Of a DNA stretch of 64,000 bases, positions 52,343 to 64,000 are shown in pieces (position 1 is the stretch's first letter; each line of letters starts with the position of its first letter). Source of the DNA: the human T2T-CHM13v2.0 reference genome, Homo sapiens. The notes below the pieces were generated by a model that searched no databases, was not told the DNA's origin, and saw only the letters and a list, made by a program, of their open reading frames with translations. The stretch is taken from assembly GCF_009914755.1 (NCBI RefSeq), contig NC_060936.1. One strand, written 5' to 3'. Position numbers and translations under genes: made by a program.

Positions 52343-52837
52343 TTTCTTTTTTTTTTGGCATAAGAATAGCGCTGTATTTTCCTACAGGTAATTTTTCTAT
52401 TGCTTCAACATTTTCTCTTCAAAATTAAAAGAAAAATATTCCAAAGTTTAGAACTGGATCACTTGGTCCTTTCTTTTCTTATATCCTCCCAGTTCAAAAT
52501 GCTTGCATCTGTTAATGGCCAGCATCCTCTTGGATCTGCAGTTAGGCTCAACACATTCCAGCCTTAGCACAACCTTCTTTGTGGTCTTAGCCTTCTTCCA
52601 GAAAATTGGCTTTGTCTGCCCACCATAGCCACTCTGCTTCTGATCATAGCACCTCTTTCCCTGGGCATACGATGAATCCTTGCCCTTCTTATACTGTGTC
52701 ACTTCGTCAGGTGATGCTTACAAAGGTTCTTCGGGTTTAGGTACGTTGACCATCTTTGCAGCAGGGCTGTTCTGTTTATATGATGAACACAAGAAACAGT
52801 GTCCGAGACCCTTGCCTTGTACAGCTCTCACCTAACC
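52343..52837 (-). pseudogene. RPL36AP41: Processed pseudogene of ribosomal protein eL42 (L36a family; 5'UTR and codons resemble RPL36AL)
   Basis: ATG at 52753 (MVNVPK), [33 protein letters not shown] ending 52448; frameshifts and in-frame TAA at codon 12; poly(A); 14-bp TSD GGGAGTTTTTCTTT (52329-52342, 52838-52851). Symbol from recall. Confidence 0.93.
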
Positions 52838-53957
52838 GGGAGTTTTTCTTTAAATGGAACATTTCGTTATGTTTCATGAGAGCACCTGTTTGATTGTTTT
52901 TGTACCCTAGGTCTACTGGCAATTTATGAAATTGATTTAACAATAGTTATATGGGAACTACAACGTACGTGAGAGGTAGGATCTCAAGTCAGACAATAAG
53001 GAGAAAACATTTTGTAAAATTACCCTTGAAAATCCCCAAGTCACCAAGAAGTGCATCCATGAAAGCTCTGAAGCCAGAAATTAATTTAAGTTTCTCTTTG
53101 CTTATGGGCTACGACCCCACACTTGCCTGTGGCCACGGTCTAGTTGAAAGAGGGAAAGGATGTTAGGGAAAATAGGATTTTGTCCTTTCTCCTTTTTTCC
53201 CTTCCAAGTAGACATAGACATGTGGTTCAACTCCAATAAATTAAATGTACTGTGACTCCATTATATTGTTAAGATAATTGAAGTATTTGATTCTGGGTCA
53301 CTGGTTTAAATTCATTTACAGTCATGCTGGAATTAAGTATCATAAGTTCATTCATTCAACAAACAGCTATTGAATATCTTTATAGATTTATCAAGGACAG
53401 GGATTTGTTTTTTTATTGGGCCCTTTTTTGTCTTATAGTAGTCGCTCAGGCAGTGTTTGTTGAATGAATAGTGAAATACAGTCCATGTCTTTTTGTGGTT
53501 TATATCCTGGTTTTAAAGTTGAAAAGTAAACAAAGATTTGCCATAGAGTCTGTTAGAGATATCTTAATTTATGGGAATATTGTGGAGGAAGAAATTCATT
53601 CTGCCTGGGAGAGTACAATACAAACTCATGAGAGAGACATCTGGGCTAGACCTTGATGGATGAGGAGTTCTCTAGGAAAGGAGGGGCATTCTGGGTATAG
53701 GAAAGGCTCCTGAAATGATTCTAATATGTTTCCTTCTTAACAATCATGAGCTTAGTGTTTTAAGTGCCTTGAGCAGAGTAGTAAAAGATAAGAATAGACA
53801 GGTAGTGCTAATAATAGCTAATAGCTATTGGGCATAGAGTTTATGCCTGGCAGTGTAAGTGAATTTTACATTTTGCTTAAATCTCACAAGAAATATATGA
53901 GGTACACACTGCTAATCCCATTGTCCCATTTTCTAGATTAGAAAACTGAGGAAAGTT

Positions 53958-54276
<319 letters not shown>

Positions 54277-54364
54277 CTGAGGAAAGTTGAATTTACCAGA
54301 GATGACATAACTAGTGAAATGACATTATGTTATATAAGCCTTGGCTGAATGCCATATAAAATTA

Positions 54365-54740
54365 GATTTTATTTTATTTATTTATTTATTTTTTTGAGAT
54401 GGAGTCTCACCCTGTTGCCCAGGCTGGAGTACAGTGGTGCAATCTCAGTTCGCTGCAACCTCAGCGTCCAGGGTTCAAGTGATTCTCCTGCCTTAGCCTC
54501 CTGAGTAGCTGGGACTACAGGTGCCTGCTATCTTCAAGACCAACCTGGTAACGTGACGAAACTCTGTCTCTACAAAAAATACAAAAATTAGCCAGGCATG
54601 GTGGTGTGTGCCTATGGTCGCATGCAGCTACTCAGGAGGCTGAGGTGGGAGGATCAATTGAGTCTGAGAAGTGGAGGTTGCAGTGAACTGAGATCTGCAC
54701 CACTGCACTCCAGCCTGGGTGACTGAGCGAGACTCTGTCA
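54365..54740. mobile_element. Two truncated Alus fused head-to-head
   Basis: Minus right arm 54365-54531 joined directly to plus Alu 54533-54740. Confidence 0.88.
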
Positions 54741-54889
54741 GAAAGAGAAAATGAGAGAGAGAGGAAAGAAAGAGAAGAAAGAAGGAAGGGAGAGACAGAG
54801 AAAGAAAGGAAAGAAAGAAAATTATAAGCCACATAGATATTCAAGAGCCAATAAATAATCAAATCAATTATTATATGTAAAAGTGTTAG

Positions 54890-55211
<322 letters not shown>

Positions 55212-55634
55212 GAAAGTGTGACTTTTGAAGAGTATTAAAGGACAAATGAACTATTTAAGAAATCCCATGAAGAGAGAAAAATATGATTAATAAAATACAG
55301 TATATACCGGAATATATTACAATTATTATTTCTGAGGAAAAGGGAGGGACAGTTTTTTAAAAGCTCCTTCTTTATGTGTTTATTTTCCAAATTTCCTATA
55401 ACAAATGTGTAGTACAATGATGATTAAATGAATGAGTATATAAAGTGCTAGAAGAATGCCTGGCCTTATAGTGAACTCTCAAATATGAGCTTTTACTGTT
55501 GCTATGATATAATTACTTTTATTATATATAAAATATTTTTAAAAACTCACTCTAATTGTAATTAATTGTTTGTGTAACTACTTGTTTAATGTTTGTCCTC
55601 TATCCTCTATCGTCTTTGGTCCCTTATAAAAAAA

Positions 55635-55910
55635 TTTTTTTTGAGATAGGATCTTGCTCTGCTGCTCAGGCTAGAGTGCAGTTGCATGATCATAGTTCAC
55701 TGCAGCCTCAGCCTCCTGGGCTCCAAGGGCCCTCCCACCTCAGCCTCCTGAGTAGCTAGGACTACAGGCATCTGCCACTGCACCTAGCTAACTTTTTAGT
55801 TTTGTAGAGATGGGGTCTCACTGCCTTGCCCAGGCTGATCTTGAACTCCTGAGCTCAAAGTGATCCTCTTCCTCCACCTCCCAAAGTGTTGGATATTACA
55901 GTCATGAGCA
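55635..55910 (-). mobile_element. Alu (AluJ-like)
   Basis: Reverse Alu consensus. Confidence 0.88.
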
Positions 55911-57650
55911 GTCCTTAAAGACCATATCCGTCAAATACAAGCTGGCTCTAATACCTGGCACATAATAAGTGCTCAGTTATTGTTTGGTGTGTGTGTGTGT
56001 GTGTATATTTGTTTGTACCCTCAAAGATCAGGTTTCTAAATATTTTCTCCTATTTTATTTCTGCTTTTTAGCAGGAAGGTCGCCAATAATCAAGCTGTAA
56101 AAATATTAGCTGCTCCCAATTTAGAATTTTTGTGTTCTTATGAATGCTGAAATGTATGTAAACAAAATTGCACAGTGTTAAATGGTATGTTGTTGAACCA
56201 GAAATATGTTTATTGTCTTATTTTATAAACAAAATGGCACTGAGATTTCTTTAAAAATTTTTTAAAGATATAGTTTTTGAAATTTACAACACAACTCAGT
56301 AAATAAGATTATGAAAAAGCTATCTTAGATATCCTTTTTGATTGGTTCTAAGATTATAACTTTAAGCAAGCATAGGGACACTTTTAACAACTTGGAAGGT
56401 ATTTTGGTGGGACAGTAAGAGTGTATTTGTTTATATGAAAATCCGTAATTCTTTGTAAGAACGTAATTTGAATCTGTAGTTGATTGCAAGTTTAGAGAGG
56501 TCTCTGCAATATACAAAGTTTCTTAGTTGCAGTCACTTGCCAAGACGGGCTGATCACTAAGAAATAAGGAAACTCAGCTAGAATTACCAGCTGCTGTTTA
56601 TAAAACCAAATGATAAAATTCACTTAATGAAAGTAATGTGCTGACAGCAGTGTTTATTACTTAAAACATAACAATCATGTTTATTGTATCTCTCTGTGAC
56701 AGCTTTGCTGAATATAACTTAAATGTAGCAGAGGAAATCCAGAGTAATGCATTTTTTAAAAAAAGTGTGTTTATTTACATGAAACCAACATAAAAAGTTT
56801 GAAGACTTTTTTGTCAGAGATCTTAGTTTTCTAGAGTTAAACTGAAAAGATTGAAGAAATGGTAAGTAGCTACCATTTTTGGAAACAAGAAATTAAGAAG
56901 TACAAACTCAGAAAACACGCTTGGAGAAAATTTTAATATCATGAAACCTAGAACTCTTGAACTTCAAAAGACCTTACAATCCGCTTGATGGTGATATTTG
57001 GAATCTCAGATATAGTATTGAAATATCATAGGATAGAAAGGAATAATCAGGGAGCTTAATGCAATCAGAACCTTGTAGCCTGTTATGGGAAGTATCATTT
57101 GGTTAAGCCTGCTAAGCTACTGTAAATGAATGTTAATCGCATTTTATCAGCTGCTTATACTATCTTTATTATGTAATTTGAATATTTATGACAATGGAAA
57201 TATGTTTAACTGTGAAATTACAGTGTTTATGGAACTCAAATTCCAAAAAGCATACAACCCTCTGATGGAGAATAACTATATTTAAATACTACAAAATTCA
57301 AGATGTTTCTACCATTTAACATTAGTCTATATCTTGTGGGAGAAGCATTGTTTGTGGCTAAAATACTGTGACAAACAGAATGATGTACGCTCATGTTGAC
57401 TTCTAAGATAAGCATGTGATTTAGATAATTTATTGTTTGCACAAAAATCAGTCACCAACTAGATCATTTTAACTTTTTAGGATCATGTAGTATTTAACTA
57501 TTTTCTCAATATAGTTTATATCATTTTGGTTGACTGCATCCTTATCTTCTTGGAAATTATTAATGAACCTTTTAAAAAATATGAACCAGGCTTTGGACTT
57601 GAACTTCTTCTCCTCTTAAAGCTGCAATAATATTGAAGTTGAAAATGGTG

Positions 57651-57941
57651 GGCCAGGTGCTGTGGCTCATGCCTGTAATCCCAGCACTTTTGGAGGCTGA
57701 GGCAGGCAGATCATCTGAGGTCAGGAGTTTAAGACTAGCCTGGCTAACATGGCAAAACCACGTTTCTACTAAAAATACAAAAAATTAGCTGAGCATGGTG
57801 GCATGCGCCTGTAATCTTAGCTACTTGGGAGACTGAAGCAGCAGAATGGCTTGAACCTGGGAGGCAAGGTTTCAGTGAGCCGAGATTGCGCCATTACACT
57901 CCAGCTTGGGCAACAAGAGTGAAACTCCATCTCAAAAAAAG
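57651..57941 (+). mobile_element. Alu
   Basis: Alu dimer consensus. Confidence 0.92.
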
Positions 57942-58918
57942 AAAGAGAAAATAATGGATGGGAATGCTTCTTTAATTGTGTAGTCTGTATTTATTTTGTG
58001 TGTGTATGTATTTTGGGGAAAATTGATTCTCTGCCAATGCTTTCTTCTTTGCAAACATAAACCCATGAAAAGGTATTTTTTCCCTTTGGGAAAATTTAAA
58101 TGCACGTTGTTCTTCTGGAAAATATAATCTAATAGGAAAATACAATTCACATTAGAACCAAAAAAAAGCCTGTAATTAAGATGTGTCTTAGTCACATTTT
58201 CTTTCTGTCTTTTGTTAAAACCTCAACATGGACTCATTCAAGCAAATAAAGTTGTTGGGTAGGTGGAACATTGTTTTCAAATGTTATAGTAATGCTACAG
58301 TGTTACAACTATCTGGTTACTTCATTTTGATTGCCAAAAATATTAAATTATCATTTTATAAAATTTGGGTATAAAACTTTATGTCTTGAGGCTAATTTAG
58401 ATGTGTGGTGGTGTCTACTGGCAACACTAGAGAGGTTTCAGGGTCAGAGAGTGTTGAGACCAAATTCTAGATCCAGCACTCAGCTTAGATACCATCTTTC
58501 TAGTCAGGTTACTGAATCTTGCCAGGCCTTAGTGGCCCCACCTTCGTAAGGTTGTTGGACAGATTACTGAAATCCTCACAAATATGTGGAAAGTGCCTAG
58601 AATGTTTACCTGGAGCCAATGATGATTGCACACACTGCTGTTACATAGTTGATGATAGAGCCTCTATGCTGTGGGTTACTTAAAACACTTTTGCCTTTCT
58701 GCCATCTACATTTGGGAGAATTAGCTGGACAGTATACCCTCCTTTAAAAAGCTGACAAAGGAAAAATATCAAGAATGCAAGTCAGGCTCTCTTTATCTAA
58801 TAACAACATTAGAGAAGAGTTGCTATATCAGATTCTTGATCCTAATGCCTGAAATGCGATTGGGCATTTGTTTATGGATATCATTATCTGTACTGCTGCC
58901 TGCTTTATTGGTATAAAG

Positions 58919-59116
58919 CAAGAGTCAGCAAACTTTTTCTGTGAAGAGCCAGGGAGCAAATATTTGAGGCTTTGTGGGCTCTTCAATTTCTGTCACAACT
59001 TCTCTATTGTACCATTGTAGCCAAGACTAGTGGTAGACAATATGGAAATGAATGGGCATGGCTGTATTCTAATAAAGTTCTCTTTGTAAAAATAGATCAT
59101 AGTTTTCTAATCCCTG
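58919..59116 (+). mobile_element. MER58-type hAT MITE
   Basis: GTCAGCAAACTTTTTCTGTGAAGAGCCAG..AATGAATGGGCATGGCTGTATTCTAATAAA..TAGTTTTCTAATCCCTG. Confidence 0.8.
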
Positions 59117-59716
59117 TGGAAGATAATTGAGAGTATGTTCGCATCTTTTTAAAATCAGAGATAAATTCTTGCCACCAAAGTTGTAATTGTTCATTACTTC
59201 ATTCCTCTATTCGTGTGCGTGTGCATGTTTGTGTTTGTGTGTGTGTAGAGTATGTATATCTGATAAACTGTCAGCTTTTGATTTCTGAAGCTGTGTGGGA
59301 ATTGATTTTTCTAGTCAATTTGACTACATCTCTAGAACACGGTAGGGATGATAGGGAATGCCTTGTTTGTCTGTGAGATTAAACCATTACACCTTTTTAT
59401 TCATAATTGAGTAGATTTTGAGTTACATTGGAGAGTCCTGGCTTTACAGTTGGATAGTCTGTTTCACAGTCCACCTCCTAGCTGCAAAGTCCTTGGCTGG
59501 TGATGTAGCTTTTCTAGGGATCAGTCTTCTCATCTATAACACAGTGCTAATTCTCACCTTGTTGGGTTGCTGAGAATTGAGTGAGCCCATGCATTTGAAG
59601 GCCAACCTCAGTGCCTGAAACAGATAAACCCAATGAACAGTAGTTCTTTCAATCTTGAATGAGAATCATATTCTGAAGGCTAAATGATTTTTGAAAAACT
59701 TTACTGTTAATTTACA

Positions 59717-60020
59717 TTTTTTTTTCTTTTTTTTGAGACAGGGTCTTGCTATGTCACCCAGGCTGAAGTTATTGGTGATTCTACCTCACTGCAGCCTCAA
59801 TCTTTCAGTCTCACGTGATCCTCCCACCTCAGCCTCCTGAACAGCTGGGACTATTGGTGAGCACCACCATGCCTGGCTATTTTCTTTTTAATTTTTTATT
59901 TTTAATAGAGATGAGGTCTTGCTATGTTGCCCAGGCTGGTCTTGAACCCTTGGGCTCAAGTGATCCTCCAGCCTTGGCCTTCCGAAGTGTTAGGATCACA
60001 AGTGTGAGCTTCCTCACCCT
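59717..60020 (-). mobile_element. Alu (AluJ-like)
   Basis: Reverse Alu consensus. Confidence 0.88.
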
Positions 60021-60648
60021 GTCCTTTGTTCTTTTTAAGGGGGAAAAATGCACCTCTGCATACTTACATACTCTGAATTATTTGGAGCTGTGCCTCTCAG
60101 ACTATCTATGGTGAAGGCCTAATTTTGTTCCGAATTCGTCATGAACTGATGCTTTTATAAAGTACAATACAATGAATTAATATTAAAAAAGAAAAACATA
60201 CAAAACACATACAAAGCCCCCATTTTAATAATGAGATCCAATAAACACATACATTTTCTAAATGCTTACTGTCAATTTCTCTGTATTTCTTTGGGGACTG
60301 GTAATAAACAATTGGCAAACCAGTACTGATCCATGAGCCACACTTTTAGGAGCACTAAGTTGGGGGGAAGCAAGTTCATGGCGATTTATTTAAAATATTC
60401 ATATTAATTACTCTTGGATAGAATTAGTTACTAAATAGACAATGAATTTATCCCTTCTACCTCAAAAGTAGTTACCAACTGTAAGTGAAAATTAATTATC
60501 TACCCAAATCCATGTTCAACAGCTTCCCTCCCCATAATGTAAGATTGTTTGATTTGAGGTAACTGGAGATCTCATAGGGGAATAAAACTCAGTGGTTGTC
60601 TCCAGACCAAGATGGCCGTTGATTGGAGTATCTCCATCCATAATGGGT

Positions 60649-61314
<666 letters not shown>

Positions 61315-62169
61315 GGGGTTCTCAGTGACTCCATCACTGACCTTGAGAGCCCAGATCTCATAGGGTGTAGGTATAAGAATCTCAGGTCCTCAGTTTCTCC
61401 TCCATCCCCTGTGTTCTGGCAGCACCTCCCATTACCTTTATGAATCCACGTATTTTATTATACTGCCATTATTTTATCTGACTCCTCCACAGAACTGTGG
61501 ACTTTGCAGTAGGAACTATTTTATTCTCTTCTTGCCTCCCTGGCTCCTGGCAGACCCTAGATGTACCTCGAAAATGTACTGATGTGTGAATGAATGAGCG
61601 GATGATGTGTTCCAGGCGTCTCACCAGCCTTCCTTTATCTGCACACTCTTCACTTTGCTAGGGTCCCTCTCAAAAACACAACCGGATCAGGAGTAGGGGG
61701 AGGGAGGAGAAGGGAGCTGCTGTAAAGCAACACACTGCTGTCAACATTTTTAAATGCGCATAACCCAAGAGAACATGCACAGTATATTTTGCGAAGTCAA
61801 CTGGAAAGTGTCAGGGCCACACCTTACTGTAGTTGAAATTCAATGGCATTGAGCTCTTGATATTATAGATAGTAATTTTCTAGAGTACACACAATGGTGT
61901 GTGAACATATGACTGGGCTGGAATCTATCAAAGTACTTGCATGGACTATTACAGATCATTGATGCATTACAGTAAGCCATTTGTGGATATTTTATGATAT
62001 GTACACAGACTAACATCACTGGGATAGCAAAGGCTATCAGAATTTCACCTGCGTAATAACAGTCATTTGCAAGGAAAAATCTTATCAAAAATAAATTGAT
62101 GATCTGTAGTAATGGACTGGGTTTTTGGTGGTTACTCATTATTTGGGGGACCAGTAGAGTTCATAGCAT

Positions 62170-62350
62170 ACTGACTAAATAGTGACTTTAGATCAGGATG
62201 TCTGGATTCCCATCCCAGCTCTGTGACTTCATTCAAGTTACCGTCTTTGAGCCTCACTTTTCTTATCTGTAAAATGGAAGTAATAATAGTACTGAGGCCT
62301 AAGGTATTGTGCAGCTTAAATATGATAATTCAGGTAAAGCACCGAGTGGT
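62170..62350 (+). mobile_element. MIR remnant
   Basis: TGGATTCCCATCCCAGCTCTG..GAGCCTCACTTTTCTTATCTGTAAAATGG. Confidence 0.7.
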
Positions 62351-62773
62351 GCCAATATTCATTTACCACTTTTTATCATCACTTGATGTATGTAGATTGT
62401 CAGTGTCCAACACTTTTGGGAAGAAATGACACCCTTTAGAGTACCAATAGCAGTTGTATTTGTAAACCTCTTATATGGGTAGAGTTCTAACATATTTTTG
62501 CCCTTCTTAACTATTTTATATGCATTAATCTATTCCTCTGGAGAATCTTTGAAATAAAAGTTAGCTTTAACTTTTAAACACTTAAAATTGAGAGTTGATA
62601 TACAGCTCATTAAAATAAATTACTAAAACTCTAGAAAAATAATAAACTATAAAGTTTTACTAATTCAAGGACTGCAGTATTGGGAAATATTGTGGAAACT
62701 AGTTATATAGAGAATAAATGAAAAATTAGAATATAGAGTTTGTATATATGACATGAATATAATTAAGCAAATA

Positions 62774-62850
62774 TTAGGTTGGTGCAAAGTTATTGCAGTT
62801 TTGACATTAAAAGTATGGCAAAAACTGCGATTACTTTTGCACCAACCTAA
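62774..62850. mobile_element. MADE1 (Hsmar1 MITE), near full length
   Basis: TTAGGTTGGTGCAAAGTTATTGCAG..CTGCGATTACTTTTGCACCAACCTAA palindrome. Confidence 0.93.
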
Positions 62851-62975
62851 ATATACACATTTTAAGATTTATAGATTAAGTAACAGCTTGGGATAAGATG
62901 TTTAGATAAGTAAATGTTGTGATGAAGAATGGCTCTTTTTCCCTTTACTATCCAGTGTTTATAATGCTTCTGTAA

Positions 62976-63292
<317 letters not shown>

Positions 63293-64000
63293 CTATAATG
63301 TTTTTATAATTAAAAAATTTTAAAGACCAAACATAAGTTATCCATTCTAATCACTCAAAATGATTGACATTAAAAAATCATATTGAATATAAGTATGTCT
63401 TTTATTATAGCTAGGATATTTATTGAATTTATTTACAGACTGTTGGTTAAAATCAAGTAACTGCTTTGTAAATTAACTAACTTCTTAGATGGCTAAGAGC
63501 AAACAGAGTCTCTTGGTTTTATGTTTAGGTACCCAACCAAGAACAATTCTCTTGAAACTCTTAGTGTGTGACATTTTGTAGACATTTCATAAAGGAGCTT
63601 TTCAACGCCAGTGAGAAGTCAGCAACACAAACTTCTTTTGTGACCCATTCAGGGGATCCCAAGATCAGCCTGGTCTCTGAAGCGTATGAGGAGATATCCA
63701 GTTACAGCTCAGGGCAGGGGCAGATCTGGTTCATCATGTGATTGCAGTGACAGCCTGCCAAGCTCACAGCTGCCTTGCAGGAGATGCAGGCCCACCTGCC
63801 AGCCCCATTATTCCCATTTAGGCTCAGGCCCACAGGGACTTTTCCCATTAAACCCTGAAAGTCTTCATTTTCAAGAAGTTTTCAAAGTATCATGAAAGAC
63901 TCAGCAGGGCAAATGATGGTGTGATTGAACCCACCTCAGTTTATTAAACAGCAGGACTGTTTATATGTTTCAGTTGGTCCTGCCCTTTGTCCATCCCAGG

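Noticed and set aside
62774-62850. miR-548 gene call
   Set aside because: Every MADE1 forms this hairpin; a miRNA cannot be called without small RNA data.

Overview
Primate (almost certainly human) genomic DNA. The only functional coding exon I can support is the first coding exon of SRGAP1 (ATG 25527, MSTPSRFKKDKEIIAEYESQVK, phase-1 GT donor at 25594), at the 3' end of a ~1.4 kb CpG island; from recall this is 12q14.2. Everything after 25593 is the start of the long SRGAP1 intron 1. The window also holds a full-length PABPC1 processed pseudogene inserted in the middle of an Alu, a ribosomal eL42 retrocopy apparently derived from RPL36AL, and a near-full-length dead Hsmar1 mariner with two MADE1 MITEs. 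The rest is several ERV1/MaLR LTRs, old and primate L1 fragments and about 60 Alu pieces. I find no new gene system. The strongest unexplained signal is a perfect 123-bp inverted repeat (40579-40701 / 42841-42963) made of otherwise ancient L1 sequence; with three nearby scars it looks like template-switch repair. Other leads: a CpG-retaining PABPC1 retrocopy 5' end with an antisense splice donor, an ancient-looking hairpin at ~18 kb, and an L1 fragment lacking both ends. Repeat subfamily names and comparisons with parent genes are from memory, and repeat boundaries are approximate unless a target-site duplication (TSD) is quoted.
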